A stretch of DNA of 64,000 nt from contig OY282374.1 of NCBI GenBank assembly GCA_958295815.1, forward strand, positions 1,863,917 through 1,927,916, in the 5' to 3' direction. The DNA comes from Candidatus Poribacteria bacterium (lineage in GTDB: Bacteria; Poribacteria; WGA-4E; WGA-3G). A program made the position numbers and the translations under genes. Position 1 is the first letter of the stretch, and the number at the start of each line of letters is the position of its first letter. Below, piece by piece: positions 38,398 to 48,981 of this stretch. A model generated the notes under the pieces. It saw nothing but the letters and a program-made list of their open reading frames with translations. It made no database searches and was not told the DNA's origin.

Positions 38398-39612
38398 TTA
38401 ATCACTATTTTTCCGTTTTGGTTTGACTATACCTAAAACCCTACACTTTGTCGCAGATAAAATTTCATATCGCACCCCACCCCACGTAATTTTGCGTTGG
38501 AATACAGCGTATACAGCGTTAAGACCCGCGAGAAATAGTGAAACTGAAGTGACGTAGGACGTTAGACCGATTGTCTCCCGTACCTTCGGCATATCTCGGA
38601 GCCAGCGCGGTAGATTTTTGGAGTAGAGCCGATAACTGAATGCCTCCAGAAAAGGGATAAAAACAATCGGTAGCAATTCTCCCCTGTGGAATAGAAGCGG
38701 AATTGATCCAAACACGAGGATACCTTTCGGTAAGAACACGACCAGAATTGCTAACCATTGCCTCCAAAGTCCCATGTGAAACGTCATGATCATCTGGCGG
38801 TTTGTAAATTCCACGATCTGATGCCATGTGCGATTCGCAGTGCGTGTGATAGCAACGCAATCTGGAACGAAATGAATTTTCTGCTTAATATCTTGCATCG
38901 CAAGCGTTGTGTTCAGGTCTTCGATTGTCGCTTGCTCCCAGCGTTGAAGGATTTGGGCATCTTCGATCATCTCACGGCGGAAGGCATTAGAACCGCCCCA
39001 TACCATTGTGTCTCGGTGGTCGCCTTGTGCGCTCATCTGGAAGTTTACCCAAATGGATTCTACAAGAGATGCGATATTCCATGTTTGTGGCAAGTAAAAT
39101 CGTCCACCGACGGTCGTCCCTATATCTGGCTCTTGAAGTGGATTGACAAGCAGCGTTAACCAGTTTTCTTGAATAGCGACATCGGCATCTACAAATGCGA
39201 TAACTTCAATATCGTCTGAAAGTTGTTCTATCACTGTCAGAAGGTTCTGCACCTTTTGCGAACGTGGAAGGTTATTTTCGATGATATTCGGTGCTAAAAG
39301 AGCATGGACATTTGAATGCGGTTCGGCAATTTTACATAGGTGTGGATAGGATACATCATACTGCGAATTTGCTTTTTCGTGTGTGACGAAGAAGACTTCG
39401 TACGCTCCGGCGTAGTCTTGATGTAAAAGCCCTCTGACGTGTTCTGCCGTGTCAGCGTCCCATCCATAGTGTGGTGCGATAATCGCTACCTTTGGTGTAT
39501 ATGCTGGTCGCTTCGCGTTGCGTTCGCGCCTGGCATACCAAAAAGAGCGGCTAATGATGAGCATCTCAAGAAGAAAGAAAAAATAGGCGGTTGCGATAAT
39601 ATACGTCTGCAT
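38398..39612 (-). CDS. Membrane GT2/GT21-like glycosyltransferase (ceramide glucosyltransferase/HpnI-like)
   Basis: N-terminal TM, SQKVQNL, FVDAD (DxD), WGGS, EDL, FTNRQ, C-terminal TMs and ITWGGVRY. Confidence 0.8.
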   Translation of the reverse strand: MQTYIIATAYFFFLLEMLIISRSFWYARRERNAKRPAYTPKVAIIAPHYGWDADTAEHVRGLLHQDYAGAYEVFFVTHEKANSQYDVSYPHLCKIAEPHSNVHALLAPNIIENNLPRSQKVQNLLTVIEQLSDDIEVIAFVDADVAIQENWLTLLVNPLQEPDIGTTVGGRFYLPQTWNIASLVESIWVNFQMSAQGDHRDTMVWGGSNAFRREMIEDAQILQRWEQATIEDLNTTLAMQDIKQKIHFVPDCVAITRTANRTWHQIVEFTNRQMIMTFHMGLWRQWLAILVVFLPKGILVFGSIPLLFHRGELLPIVFIPFLEAFSYRLYSKNLPRWLRDMPKVRETIGLTSYVTSVSLFLAGLNAVYAVFQRKITWGGVRYEILSATKCRVLGIVKPKRKNSD

Positions 39613-39643
39613 AGCGATCAATCGTTACCCCGGACGCTATTTG

Positions 39644-41461
39644 CTACGGGGAGCCCTGTTCCGGTATACGAAGTAGTGTAAGCGTCGTTTTCAGTTTTTC
39701 AACGAGTTCTGCATTAAGGAAAAAAATTGCGTCTGGTTCGTGTTGAAGTCTCGCATAGAAACGTCCGGATGCATCTATGTTGCCAATTTGCAGGGTATAT
39801 ACCTTCTTATCCCGTAATTCTACGGTAAGTTGCACATGTGGATTACTGAAGCCTGTGGTGCTATCTATTGGGATAGCATTACCCCCTACAAATGTGTCTG
39901 CCATTAGATTATCAAGTTCATAGATAATGGCATTCACTTCTGCATTGTTCGCTGCCTCTTTCACCGGTGCGGTAAGCCGCCAATTCGTGCCGAGACGCTG
40001 ACATGTGAGGGGTTCTATATCCTCGCCGCGGAGCGTGAGTCGGATCGCTTCGTCGATATGGAAATTGAGAATCTGTTTATCGCGTAACCACGCTGTCCCC
40101 AAGCCAATCTTGTCGATGAGAGGACGGTCAACACGAACGATTTGGGGTGAATCTTCAGCTTTGACATAGACAGTTTCAGCTTCCGCAGCGTCTCCGATCA
40201 GTAGGATTGCGGGCATTTCTTCGCCTTGTTGAGTGAAGGCAACCTTGATTGATGGTGATGCCAACCCGTATAACGCAAGGCTATTGGCAGATGATTCAAC
40301 AAAACCAACGGCTTTAAGCGAGTCTACGCCAAAGAGCAGATCGTCTACTGCTTTCGCATCTGCCTTGATTTTCCCAGTCGGCGTTTGCAATTCCCAAATG
40401 TTATCATAACCCTTAGTGCAGACGGTATCTTGTTGACCACTTATTGAAATGACGAATCGGTTTGTGGCGGTCCGTTGAAAGTCGATCACCCGTTTATCGC
40501 GCAGGTCAAAAACAGACTTATTGAGAAGGTGATAGATCTCATCAGAGACAGTATAGATGGATTCGTGATGAACAGATTTGACATAGACGTGTCCTTGTTG
40601 TCCGTTTACTGATGGGACTGTCGATCCAACCTCAAGTGCGTAGGTAGAATCTTCATCTGTGAGTTTCACTTGGACACGCGGTGTCCCTAATCCATACTTT
40701 TCTAATTGCGGGACAGCCGCGGCATCTGTGCCATCTGCTTCAAAAGTTGACACCTGTAGTGAAAGCAGTTCCGAGAGAATCATCTCAATTTCCTGAGCGT
40801 CTGCCTTTGCTTTGATCGGATGGGTGATAGACCATGTATCATCCTGCTTTTCACAATTCACAGTTGCTATATTTCCATGTTTAAATTCAATATTAGATAC
40901 CGTCTCAGCGTTGAACTTGATAACGGATCGATCGCGAATGTCCGTTGGCGATTTCGTTAAATCGTCAAGGGCACTGGATTCGATCAGGAAAATATGTGCT
41001 TCCGATTTCTCTTTGATATAAACAGAATAATTAATCGCTTTTTTGCCTATCGAAAATGTAGCTTTTGGGGTAGTTCCTTCGGTCCAAAGTGAGAGCGTTA
41101 TGTTCGGTGTATCGAGTCCGTACTGCGTCAACTCCGGCACTTTAAGAGTCTGTTTGATGCGCTTATTGAGAATATCGTCCAACATTTGGTTCGTTTTTTC
41201 GCTGTTTGCGTCTGCCTGAAACGGGGACTTTAACTGCCAGTTACCAGTTACATCTTTTACCAATTTTAGGTCTTGATAGGCAGGATCTGCAAACGAGAGT
41301 TCTACCTGTTTGACGCTGTCACGTTTTATGTTGTATACCTCGTGAATTGGAGGCTTCTCATTTACCGATTCCTGATCAGTCGGTTCTTGAAAAAACAGGA
41401 AGTACACTCCAGCAATGCCAGCAAGAATGACGATAATGACAAGGGTTGTCCGAAAATTCAC
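39644..41461 (-). CDS. DUF4340-repeat periplasmic protein
   Basis: N-terminal TM; repeated W-x-L/I-x-x-P...YGL...LRDK units; coupled to the GldG-like gene by GTGA overlap. Confidence 0.8.
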   Translation of the reverse strand: MNFRTTLVIIVILAGIAGVYFLFFQEPTDQESVNEKPPIHEVYNIKRDSVKQVELSFADPAYQDLKLVKDVTGNWQLKSPFQADANSEKTNQMLDDILNKRIKQTLKVPELTQYGLDTPNITLSLWTEGTTPKATFSIGKKAINYSVYIKEKSEAHIFLIESSALDDLTKSPTDIRDRSVIKFNAETVSNIEFKHGNIATVNCEKQDDTWSITHPIKAKADAQEIEMILSELLSLQVSTFEADGTDAAAVPQLEKYGLGTPRVQVKLTDEDSTYALEVGSTVPSVNGQQGHVYVKSVHHESIYTVSDEIYHLLNKSVFDLRDKRVIDFQRTATNRFVISISGQQDTVCTKGYDNIWELQTPTGKIKADAKAVDDLLFGVDSLKAVGFVESSANSLALYGLASPSIKVAFTQQGEEMPAILLIGDAAEAETVYVKAEDSPQIVRVDRPLIDKIGLGTAWLRDKQILNFHIDEAIRLTLRGEDIEPLTCQRLGTNWRLTAPVKEAANNAEVNAIIYELDNLMADTFVGGNAIPIDSTTGFSNPHVQLTVELRDKKVYTLQIGNIDASGRFYARLQHEPDAIFFLNAELVEKLKTTLTLLRIPEQGSP

Positions 41462-43056
41462 GCGTTCTCTCCTTTACGTCGTTGCCACCAAACGATTGTT
41501 CCAGCGATAAAGACGATTAAAGGGATCAGAAAAACGGATGTTATCTGGACTAAGCGAGTATCTTGGACGCGCATCTGACGTAAAGCTTGTTTTTGTAAAT
41601 CGATAGGTCGGATGGCGATGAGATCGTCCTCTAATGTGAGCCAATTAATTGTGGATAAAAAGAGGTCTCGGTTTGCCTCCCGCAGTGCGGCATTCGATGC
41701 GAAATCCGAATCCCCGAAAACAACAATCCGGGTTGGAGAACCTGAGGCTTCATCTTGGCTATTATTGTCAACTTTTTGCTCAACTGCAACAGCAATAGAA
41801 ACAGGCGGTGGGGTGTCCACACCAGGGGTGTAAACGAGTTCTCTGCTGAAAGTGCCATCACTACCACGTTCCCTTTCTCCCCAACTGTCTTGTGCACCGC
41901 CAATAGTCTTCGCGAAGGATTTAACACTCAGGTTCACCCCACTATCTACAATCGGAGTAACAGATCTGGCTCGGAGAAACACTACTAAATCCCGCATTGA
42001 ACGTGTAATTTCGTGTAGTTCGAATCCTGGCACTGGCGCACTCGGTCCATACAGCGGAACAAAGCTGGTTTCGTCGATAACAAGGTCGTTCCCTATCTTA
42101 ATCCCCCATTTCTTCATGAGTCGGACGAGTCCGATATTTACATCTGCTGCAGAGGTAAGCGACGGGTCTAACATAAGGAGCAATTTTCCGTTGCGTCCTA
42201 AGTATTCCGACACTACATCAAGTTCGTGCCGCGTCAAAGTGGCTTTTGGACCCGCAATAACAAGTACTTCACAATCCGCTGGAATGTCTGGTTCTGTCAG
42301 AAGCGAGAGTGAGAGTGGTGCATAATTCTGATTCTCCAATTCGGTTCGTATACCACTATATCCACTATCATTGAAATCCTCGATTTCGTGTTCTTCATGA
42401 CCCACAAGGAAGTAGATTTTTTTGCTCTCGTCTCGGATGAGTTTGAGAATAGAACTTGTGAATTTCTGTTCTTCGATGATTGTTACCTTTTCATGCCGTG
42501 TGTCGCTTTCAAAAACGATCGTTCCTTCTACACGAATATTATACTTATTGGTAAGGGATTGGTCTATGTAGGGATCGGCGTAAGAGACGGTCACAAATCT
42601 GGTTTCACGCTGATAGAGTGCTAATATATCTCTGATACGTTGCTGGTTTTGTGCGGGAACATTTTGCCCCAAAAAAGCAATAACACGGATATCTTTATCA
42701 ACAGATTTGAGAATTTTTCGGGTCTGTTCCGATAGCGTATACAGTTTATTAATCGTGATGTCTACTCTTTTATCAAAACGCTGGACGACAATCGCGTTGA
42801 CAAAAATCGCAATGCCTATAACACCGACGATACTCAACGCCACGTTCGCACCATAACGGGCTTGGCGACTGATGAAAAAATCTATTACTTCTGAGAAGTG
42901 TAAGCGGGAAAAGATAGCGAGCGAAACAAGCGCGAAGAGTAAGCAGATCCAAAAAGCGAGCCGTACTTGGAATATCCAACTGGCGATAGCAATGAATGTA
43001 AAAATTAACGTTAGAAGACCAAAAACTGGTCCTGTAATGTTTTTGTTAGTTTCCAT
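41458..43056 (-). CDS. GldG-family ABC auxiliary protein
   Basis: RVDITINKLYTLSEQT, YFLVGHEE, LVIAGP, VFGDSDF, NRDLFLSTINWL, C-terminal TM then WWQRRK. Confidence 0.88.
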   Translation of the reverse strand: METNKNITGPVFGLLTLIFTFIAIASWIFQVRLAFWICLLFALVSLAIFSRLHFSEVIDFFISRQARYGANVALSIVGVIGIAIFVNAIVVQRFDKRVDITINKLYTLSEQTRKILKSVDKDIRVIAFLGQNVPAQNQQRIRDILALYQRETRFVTVSYADPYIDQSLTNKYNIRVEGTIVFESDTRHEKVTIIEEQKFTSSILKLIRDESKKIYFLVGHEEHEIEDFNDSGYSGIRTELENQNYAPLSLSLLTEPDIPADCEVLVIAGPKATLTRHELDVVSEYLGRNGKLLLMLDPSLTSAADVNIGLVRLMKKWGIKIGNDLVIDETSFVPLYGPSAPVPGFELHEITRSMRDLVVFLRARSVTPIVDSGVNLSVKSFAKTIGGAQDSWGERERGSDGTFSRELVYTPGVDTPPPVSIAVAVEQKVDNNSQDEASGSPTRIVVFGDSDFASNAALREANRDLFLSTINWLTLEDDLIAIRPIDLQKQALRQMRVQDTRLVQITSVFLIPLIVFIAGTIVWWQRRKGENA

Positions 43057-43059
43057 TCC

Positions 43060-43785
43060 CTATCTCCATTTTGATGACTCGATCGACTTGAACGTTGCGA
43101 ACAGACACACACATGTGAAACTGACGTAGTAGACGACATCTTTCAGAAGGATGACCCCACGCGCAAAATCGCTATAGTGTTCAGGTAATGACAAGTAGCT
43201 CAAGAATTTTCCGAGGGGACCACCACGGGCTGAAAGCGCGCCTATGATCCAGAGCGTTATCAGAATACCGAAACTCGTTAGTGCGGCCACAAGTTGATTT
43301 TTACACATTGATGACATTAGCAGACCCAGCGCGAGGAAGGAGGAACTAATCAAAATGATACCGAGGTAACCGCTTAGTAGCGGACCCATCTCCAGGTACC
43401 CGAAGCGTTGCGTCAGTAATGGAAATAGAAGTGTCAACGCAAGCATGATGGAGACAAGGACACAACTCGCGAGAAATTTGCCGAGGACCACCTGTCCATC
43501 TGTGATTGGGGAGGTAAGAAGGAGTTCAATCGTCCCTGATTTCCGTTCCTCGGCGAACAGTTTCATCGTCAATACGGGTGTAAAGAAGAGCAGAATGACA
43601 GCCATATTGCCGAAGAGCGTCTGCATCACGTCCGTACCGGTGCCACCAATGTTACTTGTGCTGATTAACACTATAGAGAAAAGGAAGCCCGAAATCGCTG
43701 TGAACACGAAACAGACGAAATAGGCGATCGGTGAGACGAAATAGGTATAGAGTTCTTTTGTACAAACAGCAAAGATATTTCTCAT
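43060..43785 (-). CDS. GldF-like ABC-2 permease
   Basis: KELYTYFVSPIAY, TMKLFAEERKSGTIELLLTSP, VLGKF, NQLVAA. Confidence 0.92.
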   Translation of the reverse strand: MRNIFAVCTKELYTYFVSPIAYFVCFVFTAISGFLFSIVLISTSNIGGTGTDVMQTLFGNMAVILLFFTPVLTMKLFAEERKSGTIELLLTSPITDGQVVLGKFLASCVLVSIMLALTLLFPLLTQRFGYLEMGPLLSGYLGIILISSSFLALGLLMSSMCKNQLVAALTSFGILITLWIIGALSARGGPLGKFLSYLSLPEHYSDFARGVILLKDVVYYVSFTCVCLFATFKSIESSKWR

Positions 43786-43820
43786 TTTTTTATTATCGGA
43801 GTCGCCTTTCCCGTTATTTC

Positions 43821-44564
43821 CTATGGATGTGCACCAAATTGCTTCCGTACCTTTCCAACAAAAAACGGACCAAGCGATTCAATGTATTTGGTAGTTTGCT
43901 CTGTTTGACGCATATCCTGTATGAGCCGTGATAACGGATACAATTCGGGACCGACTAACCCGATAACGAATTCATTGTCGTTCGTATCTAACCCGAAGCA
44001 TGCGAGTCGAATGTCGCTGGCATATCCACCGGCAGCGTAACTACGTCCGAGCATGGCGTGTTCCCCCAAAATTCTGCCGCGTTCGCGATGTTCAAGGCGA
44101 TAGAATTCCGATTTTCGGCGCAGCGGATACCAAATCGCCCACGGAAAATCAGGGTTGAGAACATTCTGGCGCGGTTTATTGATAAGCCACTCTTCTAAAT
44201 TCGGCTCTCTACCGCTTGAATAAGTTCTGCCTATCATTGTCATTTCTGGACGATATGAGAGATCAGGTGTTTCTTGTGTTTTTAGGAGAAGGTCTCGCGA
44301 TTCTGTGATCAACACCGCTGGATCCTCTGCGACAAGAAGCACGCCAATTCCTGTTAGATGGTTCAAATCGTCGTACAATACCGCATTCAAACGACCCTTT
44401 TCCAGCGTCTCAATAATCAATTTAGGGTCCGAGCAATTTTCAAAGACATGGAGTTGAAAAAACAGCCGTAGGTCGCTGAACTGTGATTCTCCATTGACCG
44501 GTGCCCCAGTTTCCCGGATATCTATCGCTTCCGGGCGCGAAAGTCTTTTTTGTTCAGTGTTCAT
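43821..44564 (-). CDS. Chlorite dismutase / coproheme decarboxylase (ChdC/HemQ) family protein
   Basis: YPLRRKSEFYRL...ER...EH...G, GLDTNDNEFV, MR...GPFFVG. Confidence 0.8.
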   Translation of the reverse strand: MNTEQKRLSRPEAIDIRETGAPVNGESQFSDLRLFFQLHVFENCSDPKLIIETLEKGRLNAVLYDDLNHLTGIGVLLVAEDPAVLITESRDLLLKTQETPDLSYRPEMTMIGRTYSSGREPNLEEWLINKPRQNVLNPDFPWAIWYPLRRKSEFYRLEHRERGRILGEHAMLGRSYAAGGYASDIRLACFGLDTNDNEFVIGLVGPELYPLSRLIQDMRQTEQTTKYIESLGPFFVGKVRKQFGAHP

Positions 44565-44604
44565 AACTTTTTAAGCTTGGGTGTTGTCCTACTCTTCTTG
44601 TCGT

Positions 44605-46170
44605 TCAACGTTTTGTGGTGTATGATTCGCGAATCCATTCTTCAAGGAGTTGATCGGGATTTTCCACAACTGCTTTCGGAAAGGTGAATGTAAATTGTCC
44701 GGTGTTCTGTTTGATGAGGTTCAGACCGTGCTGGTAGCTTTCAAGGAGGTTATCGCATAACTCCTGTATCGACTTTTCATCTGTGATCGCACGTTTACAG
44801 ATGAGGGCTGTCGCTTCGTCATCGAACTGGATTTGCAATTGGTGTTCGGCATAAAAGGCTGCTTCATACCGGCGAACCTGCTCGCGCATCACCGTATTTC
44901 GGTTGTGGTCAGGATCCTCAATTATGTGCTTGAGTTCAGCATCAGGGTCATCAACGACCTCGGCAGTAACTACGAATTCGCTAACACCTGTTGAAGGGAG
45001 TTCAAACTTATAGTCGCGCAAAACTTTTTCACAGACTGTCATTAAGGCGCGCGCCCCTGTTTTTTGTTCAATCGCTTTTTCAGCGATTCGGCGTAACCCA
45101 CTGTCTGAAAACAGAACCGTAATGCCGTAGGCGTGAAAGGCATTTTCATATTGTCGGATAATAGAGCCTTCGGAGTGCTTCAAAATGTAGAAAAGATCGT
45201 CTACCTCCAGTTCCGTACAAACCACATGCACCGGAAGTCGTCCGATGAATTCAGGCTCAAAACCGAAATCAATGAAATCGCGTGGTGTGACGTCCTCAAA
45301 ATAGCGTGCTGTATCATCAGTTTGACTGACGACTTCAGCGTTGAACCCAATTCTACTTTGGTGCAATCTTTCCTTGATAATCTTCTCCATACCAGTAAAT
45401 GCACCACTGATAATAAAGAGAATATGGCGGGTATTGATAACCTCTTTATCAACCTTACCGCTTTTCTGAAATTCCATTGCAGCACGCATCTGTGAAGCGA
45501 CGTCGTTCCCTGCGCGCAGATCCACTTCGGTCTCTTCCATCAATTTGAGGAGTCCGATCTGCACACCGCGTCCACTGACATCCCGACCCATAATATTGGG
45601 TGGGGTCGCGATTTTATCCGCTTCATCGAGATAGATGATACCGTAATGTGCCAATTCGAGGTTATCTTCGGCTTGTGCCACCAGTTCACGAATTAAGTCG
45701 TCTACATTCGCACCGACATAGCCAGTCTCACTGAACCGAGTCGCATCCGCTTTGACAAACGGCACGCCGATGAGTTTCGCAATATGTCGAATCAGATACG
45801 TCTTACCAACACCGGTTGGACCGAGCATAACAATGTTCTGTTTTGAATAATCGGTATCAGCGGCACTCGGGTTTTCGTGGCATTCTCGGACATGGTTGTA
45901 GTGGTCACAGACAGCGATAGCCAGTGCCTTCTTTGCTTCGTCCTGCTGAATGATGTACCGATCAAGATACTGCTTGATTTCTTTCGGTTTGAGGTCAAAT
46001 TTCAAATCGAAAGTCTTTTTCGGTTCGGGTGCTTCGGCTTGTGTTTCTGGCGTCGCTTCACTCGCAGTTGCGTTAACCACGCGGACGTTGCCGCCATACT
46101 TCCGTTGGACGAAATCTTGGAACTCTTTTTCAATTTCTTCGGGTGTGGGTATTTTCTTGTTAGTATTCAT
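44605..46170 (-). CDS. ClpX-like AAA+ ATPase lacking N-terminal Zn finger, with C-terminal extension
   Basis: GPTGVGKT, ETGYVG, YLDEADK, RDVSGRGVQ, IGF loop, PEFIGRLP, TGARAL. Confidence 0.87.
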   Translation of the reverse strand: MNTNKKIPTPEEIEKEFQDFVQRKYGGNVRVVNATASEATPETQAEAPEPKKTFDLKFDLKPKEIKQYLDRYIIQQDEAKKALAIAVCDHYNHVRECHENPSAADTDYSKQNIVMLGPTGVGKTYLIRHIAKLIGVPFVKADATRFSETGYVGANVDDLIRELVAQAEDNLELAHYGIIYLDEADKIATPPNIMGRDVSGRGVQIGLLKLMEETEVDLRAGNDVASQMRAAMEFQKSGKVDKEVINTRHILFIISGAFTGMEKIIKERLHQSRIGFNAEVVSQTDDTARYFEDVTPRDFIDFGFEPEFIGRLPVHVVCTELEVDDLFYILKHSEGSIIRQYENAFHAYGITVLFSDSGLRRIAEKAIEQKTGARALMTVCEKVLRDYKFELPSTGVSEFVVTAEVVDDPDAELKHIIEDPDHNRNTVMREQVRRYEAAFYAEHQLQIQFDDEATALICKRAITDEKSIQELCDNLLESYQHGLNLIKQNTGQFTFTFPKAVVENPDQLLEEWIRESYTTKR

Positions 46171-46188
46171 GGTTTTATGTAATTTTCA

Positions 46189-47223
46189 TCAGGATGTTGT
46201 TCCTGTCAATTCGTGACGAACGATCTCAGTCCCGGCTACCATCGCTTTAAGTTTAGCAGCTGCTGCCCATCGCGCCGTTTGGCTAAAACCACAATCTGGT
46301 GTGATTGCGAGTTTTTCGGGACGTACATGTTTGAGTGCTTCACGGAGGAGTGCTGCGACGTCCTCTGGTGATTCTACGTAATAATTTTTCACATCAATCA
46401 ACCCTGCGGCGAGTTCTTTATCGTTTGGAAATTCGCTCCACAGTGCAATTTCTGCCATTTCTCGGTTGGCAAACTCAAGCGCAAGTTGATCGAATTCTGC
46501 CTCAAGGATATGTGGGAAGAGGGGTCGATATGAACGTTTACCCACTGCTCTGCCGCGGTAGTTGCCGAAGCAGATGTGCAGTCCGATCTTAGCCGAGAGG
46601 TCTGCAACGGTATGGTTGAACAATTTCACAAATTCTTGTGGGCGATCAGGGTAAACAGCATAAGAAGGTTCATCGAGTTGGATGAATTCCGCACCTGCCG
46701 CAACGAGCTGCCGAAGTTCTGTATTGATAATCTCCGCGCAGGCGTAGGCGACTTCAAGACGTTCTTTATAGATGCCTCCTGTCTGAATCCGTCCAGAGAG
46801 TGTAAACGGACCAGGACATGTCACTTTGAGCGGTTTCGTCGTCTCGTTTTTCGCAAACTCAAATTCAGGAAGGATACCGAGTCCATCGGGTGCGGCGAGT
46901 GGGACAGAGGGCAGCCATTTACCGCGTTGATCGTGTCCGTCTGGTCCCAGTGTTCTCGGTGCTGGCATTTGTTCTAATCCGGTGAGCCGTTCATAGAAAC
47001 CGAGCACGAAATCCTGCCGCCGCATCTCACCCTCTGTGATGATGTCAACACCGGCGCGTTCCTGGTCAGCAATGGCGGTGCGAACTGCGTCGTCAAAGGT
47101 CTCGTTGATGTCAGTTTCGCCGAGTTCGCCGCGCCCGATAGCTTCTAACGTCACGCACAACCAACTCGGTGGTGCATAACTTCCGATAGTACTGGTAGGT
47201 ATTAAAATATCTGTCTCTTTCAT
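46189..47223 (-). CDS. Single-domain cobalamin-independent methionine synthase II family protein
   Basis: IGSY, TEGEMRR, IQLDEP, HICFGN, PDCGF Zn ligands. Confidence 0.88.
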   Translation of the reverse strand: MKETDILIPTSTIGSYAPPSWLCVTLEAIGRGELGETDINETFDDAVRTAIADQERAGVDIITEGEMRRQDFVLGFYERLTGLEQMPAPRTLGPDGHDQRGKWLPSVPLAAPDGLGILPEFEFAKNETTKPLKVTCPGPFTLSGRIQTGGIYKERLEVAYACAEIINTELRQLVAAGAEFIQLDEPSYAVYPDRPQEFVKLFNHTVADLSAKIGLHICFGNYRGRAVGKRSYRPLFPHILEAEFDQLALEFANREMAEIALWSEFPNDKELAAGLIDVKNYYVESPEDVAALLREALKHVRPEKLAITPDCGFSQTARWAAAAKLKAMVAGTEIVRHELTGTTS

Positions 47224-47281
47224 AAGCCTCTTATATTATGTGATAACTTTACAGATCTGTATAATGTGCCTTGCTATTATG

Positions 47282-48832
47282 CTACCCTCCGACATTTGCA
47301 TAGAAAAATGGGGGCATCGTCAAGGCAACAACATCATCTTCTCCTGAGATTTCACGTGCCATTGCAAGCGCATCGTCCAAGTTCTTCGCCCAGTCAACGC
47401 CCAATCGTTGCGCCACCCGCGGCTCCTTTGGACCGACGAGGATTACCTTCGCCAGATATTTCAGCGGATACGTTGCCCAATACCAGACGGTGAACGGGTG
47501 AAAACCGTGGTGTGCAAACTTGTTCCGATAGCAATCGATCAAATAGGGATCCTTCGCATATTTCTCCTGAAACTTCTGTTGCATCTCAAATGGCTCTGTT
47601 GTGTCAGCAAGGACTTCGTCATAAAACTGCTTATAGGCGACGTGATATTCGTCATGGAAAATTTCATAAGTTGGGTTCATGATGATAACAACGCCGTTCT
47701 TTTTGATGATCGGTTTGTTATAGAACCAATTGAAGACGTAGCCCAAGATGTCGCTGACCACTAACACCGGATTAATACGGGCATCAACTGCATAAGGACT
47801 CATATCGGGCAGTCCGAACACCAACGTACTGAACTGGCGTGGGATGTCTACCGTCAACTGTTCTTTCATGGATGCCAACGTTCTCGCGTGGACGGCATCG
47901 ATGTCGCCAGCGTTAATCTGTATCGGTTCATAGTCCGTCCGTACGCTCTTGAGAATGTTATAGCGTAGTGATTCAGGCAAAAGCGATAAGGTCGCCGGTG
48001 TAAAAGTTTTCACAACCCTTTCTGCGATATTGCAGTCCCGGTTTGGTTTCCCGACGTAGCGAAGATGAAATGGGTAGATCGCACCGTTCATTGCCGCTTC
48101 GAGAACCAAGATGGGGGTCTCTTTCTGAATAAGACGGCTCATCCGCTCGATACAGGCGTGCATGTGTGAGCCTTCCGGCTGCATCACATGCGGACTCTCC
48201 GAAGTCATGTGTGGTGAGTGGTGTGGCGCAATAGAGTTATACGTGCCGAGACCCACCGCTACGGATTTATGTCCACCATTGAGCGGGATCTGTATCATAT
48301 CGACATAAATCACAAGATCGGCTTCGAGAGCTGCCTTATCCGTTTCAACAGTTTCGTCTTTTTCAGTTTTTCCTACATAGGCAATCTGCTCGGCATCTTC
48401 CGCATCGAAATTTCGGAGTTGATCGGGGTAGAACTCGTCCATGATATCTTTACCAAGCATATAAGCGAGTTCATGTTCCTTCATCTTACGATGCAACGCA
48501 ACAGCACACATCAGTTGGATATTCTTTTTCTCCACGCCGTACCCGTCCAGCATCTTCAAAAGCGTCTCAATCATAATCTGCCGCATATCGGGTTTTTTGG
48601 TGAGTGGGAAAGGTTGGCAGTTATCGTCAAAGAGAATGAGGACTTTTGAATTGCCATCCACGAGTTCATGCAGCGGCGGCATCTCAAGAGGATTTTCAAA
48701 GGCGCGCTGTGTGTGTTCGCTCAATGCATCGCGCTTAATTCCCGGTAGTGGCGGTTTCGCGTAATAAACCTCCGAATTATCGGGCAATTTCGCGTTGATG
48801 AGTTGATTTCCGGAATAGGTAAAGTATTTCAT
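47282..48832 (-). CDS. Lactate racemase-like (DUF2088/LarA N-terminal domain) protein
   Basis: AFENPL...L..LV...KVLILFDD, AVALHRKM, NGGHKS, HGFHPF. Confidence 0.75.
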   Translation of the reverse strand: MKYFTYSGNQLINAKLPDNSEVYYAKPPLPGIKRDALSEHTQRAFENPLEMPPLHELVDGNSKVLILFDDNCQPFPLTKKPDMRQIMIETLLKMLDGYGVEKKNIQLMCAVALHRKMKEHELAYMLGKDIMDEFYPDQLRNFDAEDAEQIAYVGKTEKDETVETDKAALEADLVIYVDMIQIPLNGGHKSVAVGLGTYNSIAPHHSPHMTSESPHVMQPEGSHMHACIERMSRLIQKETPILVLEAAMNGAIYPFHLRYVGKPNRDCNIAERVVKTFTPATLSLLPESLRYNILKSVRTDYEPIQINAGDIDAVHARTLASMKEQLTVDIPRQFSTLVFGLPDMSPYAVDARINPVLVVSDILGYVFNWFYNKPIIKKNGVVIIMNPTYEIFHDEYHVAYKQFYDEVLADTTEPFEMQQKFQEKYAKDPYLIDCYRNKFAHHGFHPFTVWYWATYPLKYLAKVILVGPKEPRVAQRLGVDWAKNLDDALAMAREISGEDDVVALTMPPFFYANVGG

Positions 48833-48981
48833 TAAACGGGTTGACTCATTTCGTGTGACGGTTCAATTGATGTCCGTACAGATTTCCAATTCTAACCTAT
48901 TTTAGCATAGTTTATAGTGGTGTTGCAAACCTTTTTGTGGAATTGCGACATAGGGCAGACTTGAAAGAAAGGGTTTCCGAA

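Noticed and set aside
47224-47281. SAM or cobalamin riboswitch upstream of the MetE-like gene
   Set aside because: The 58-nt intergenic gap is too short and has no aptamer motifs.
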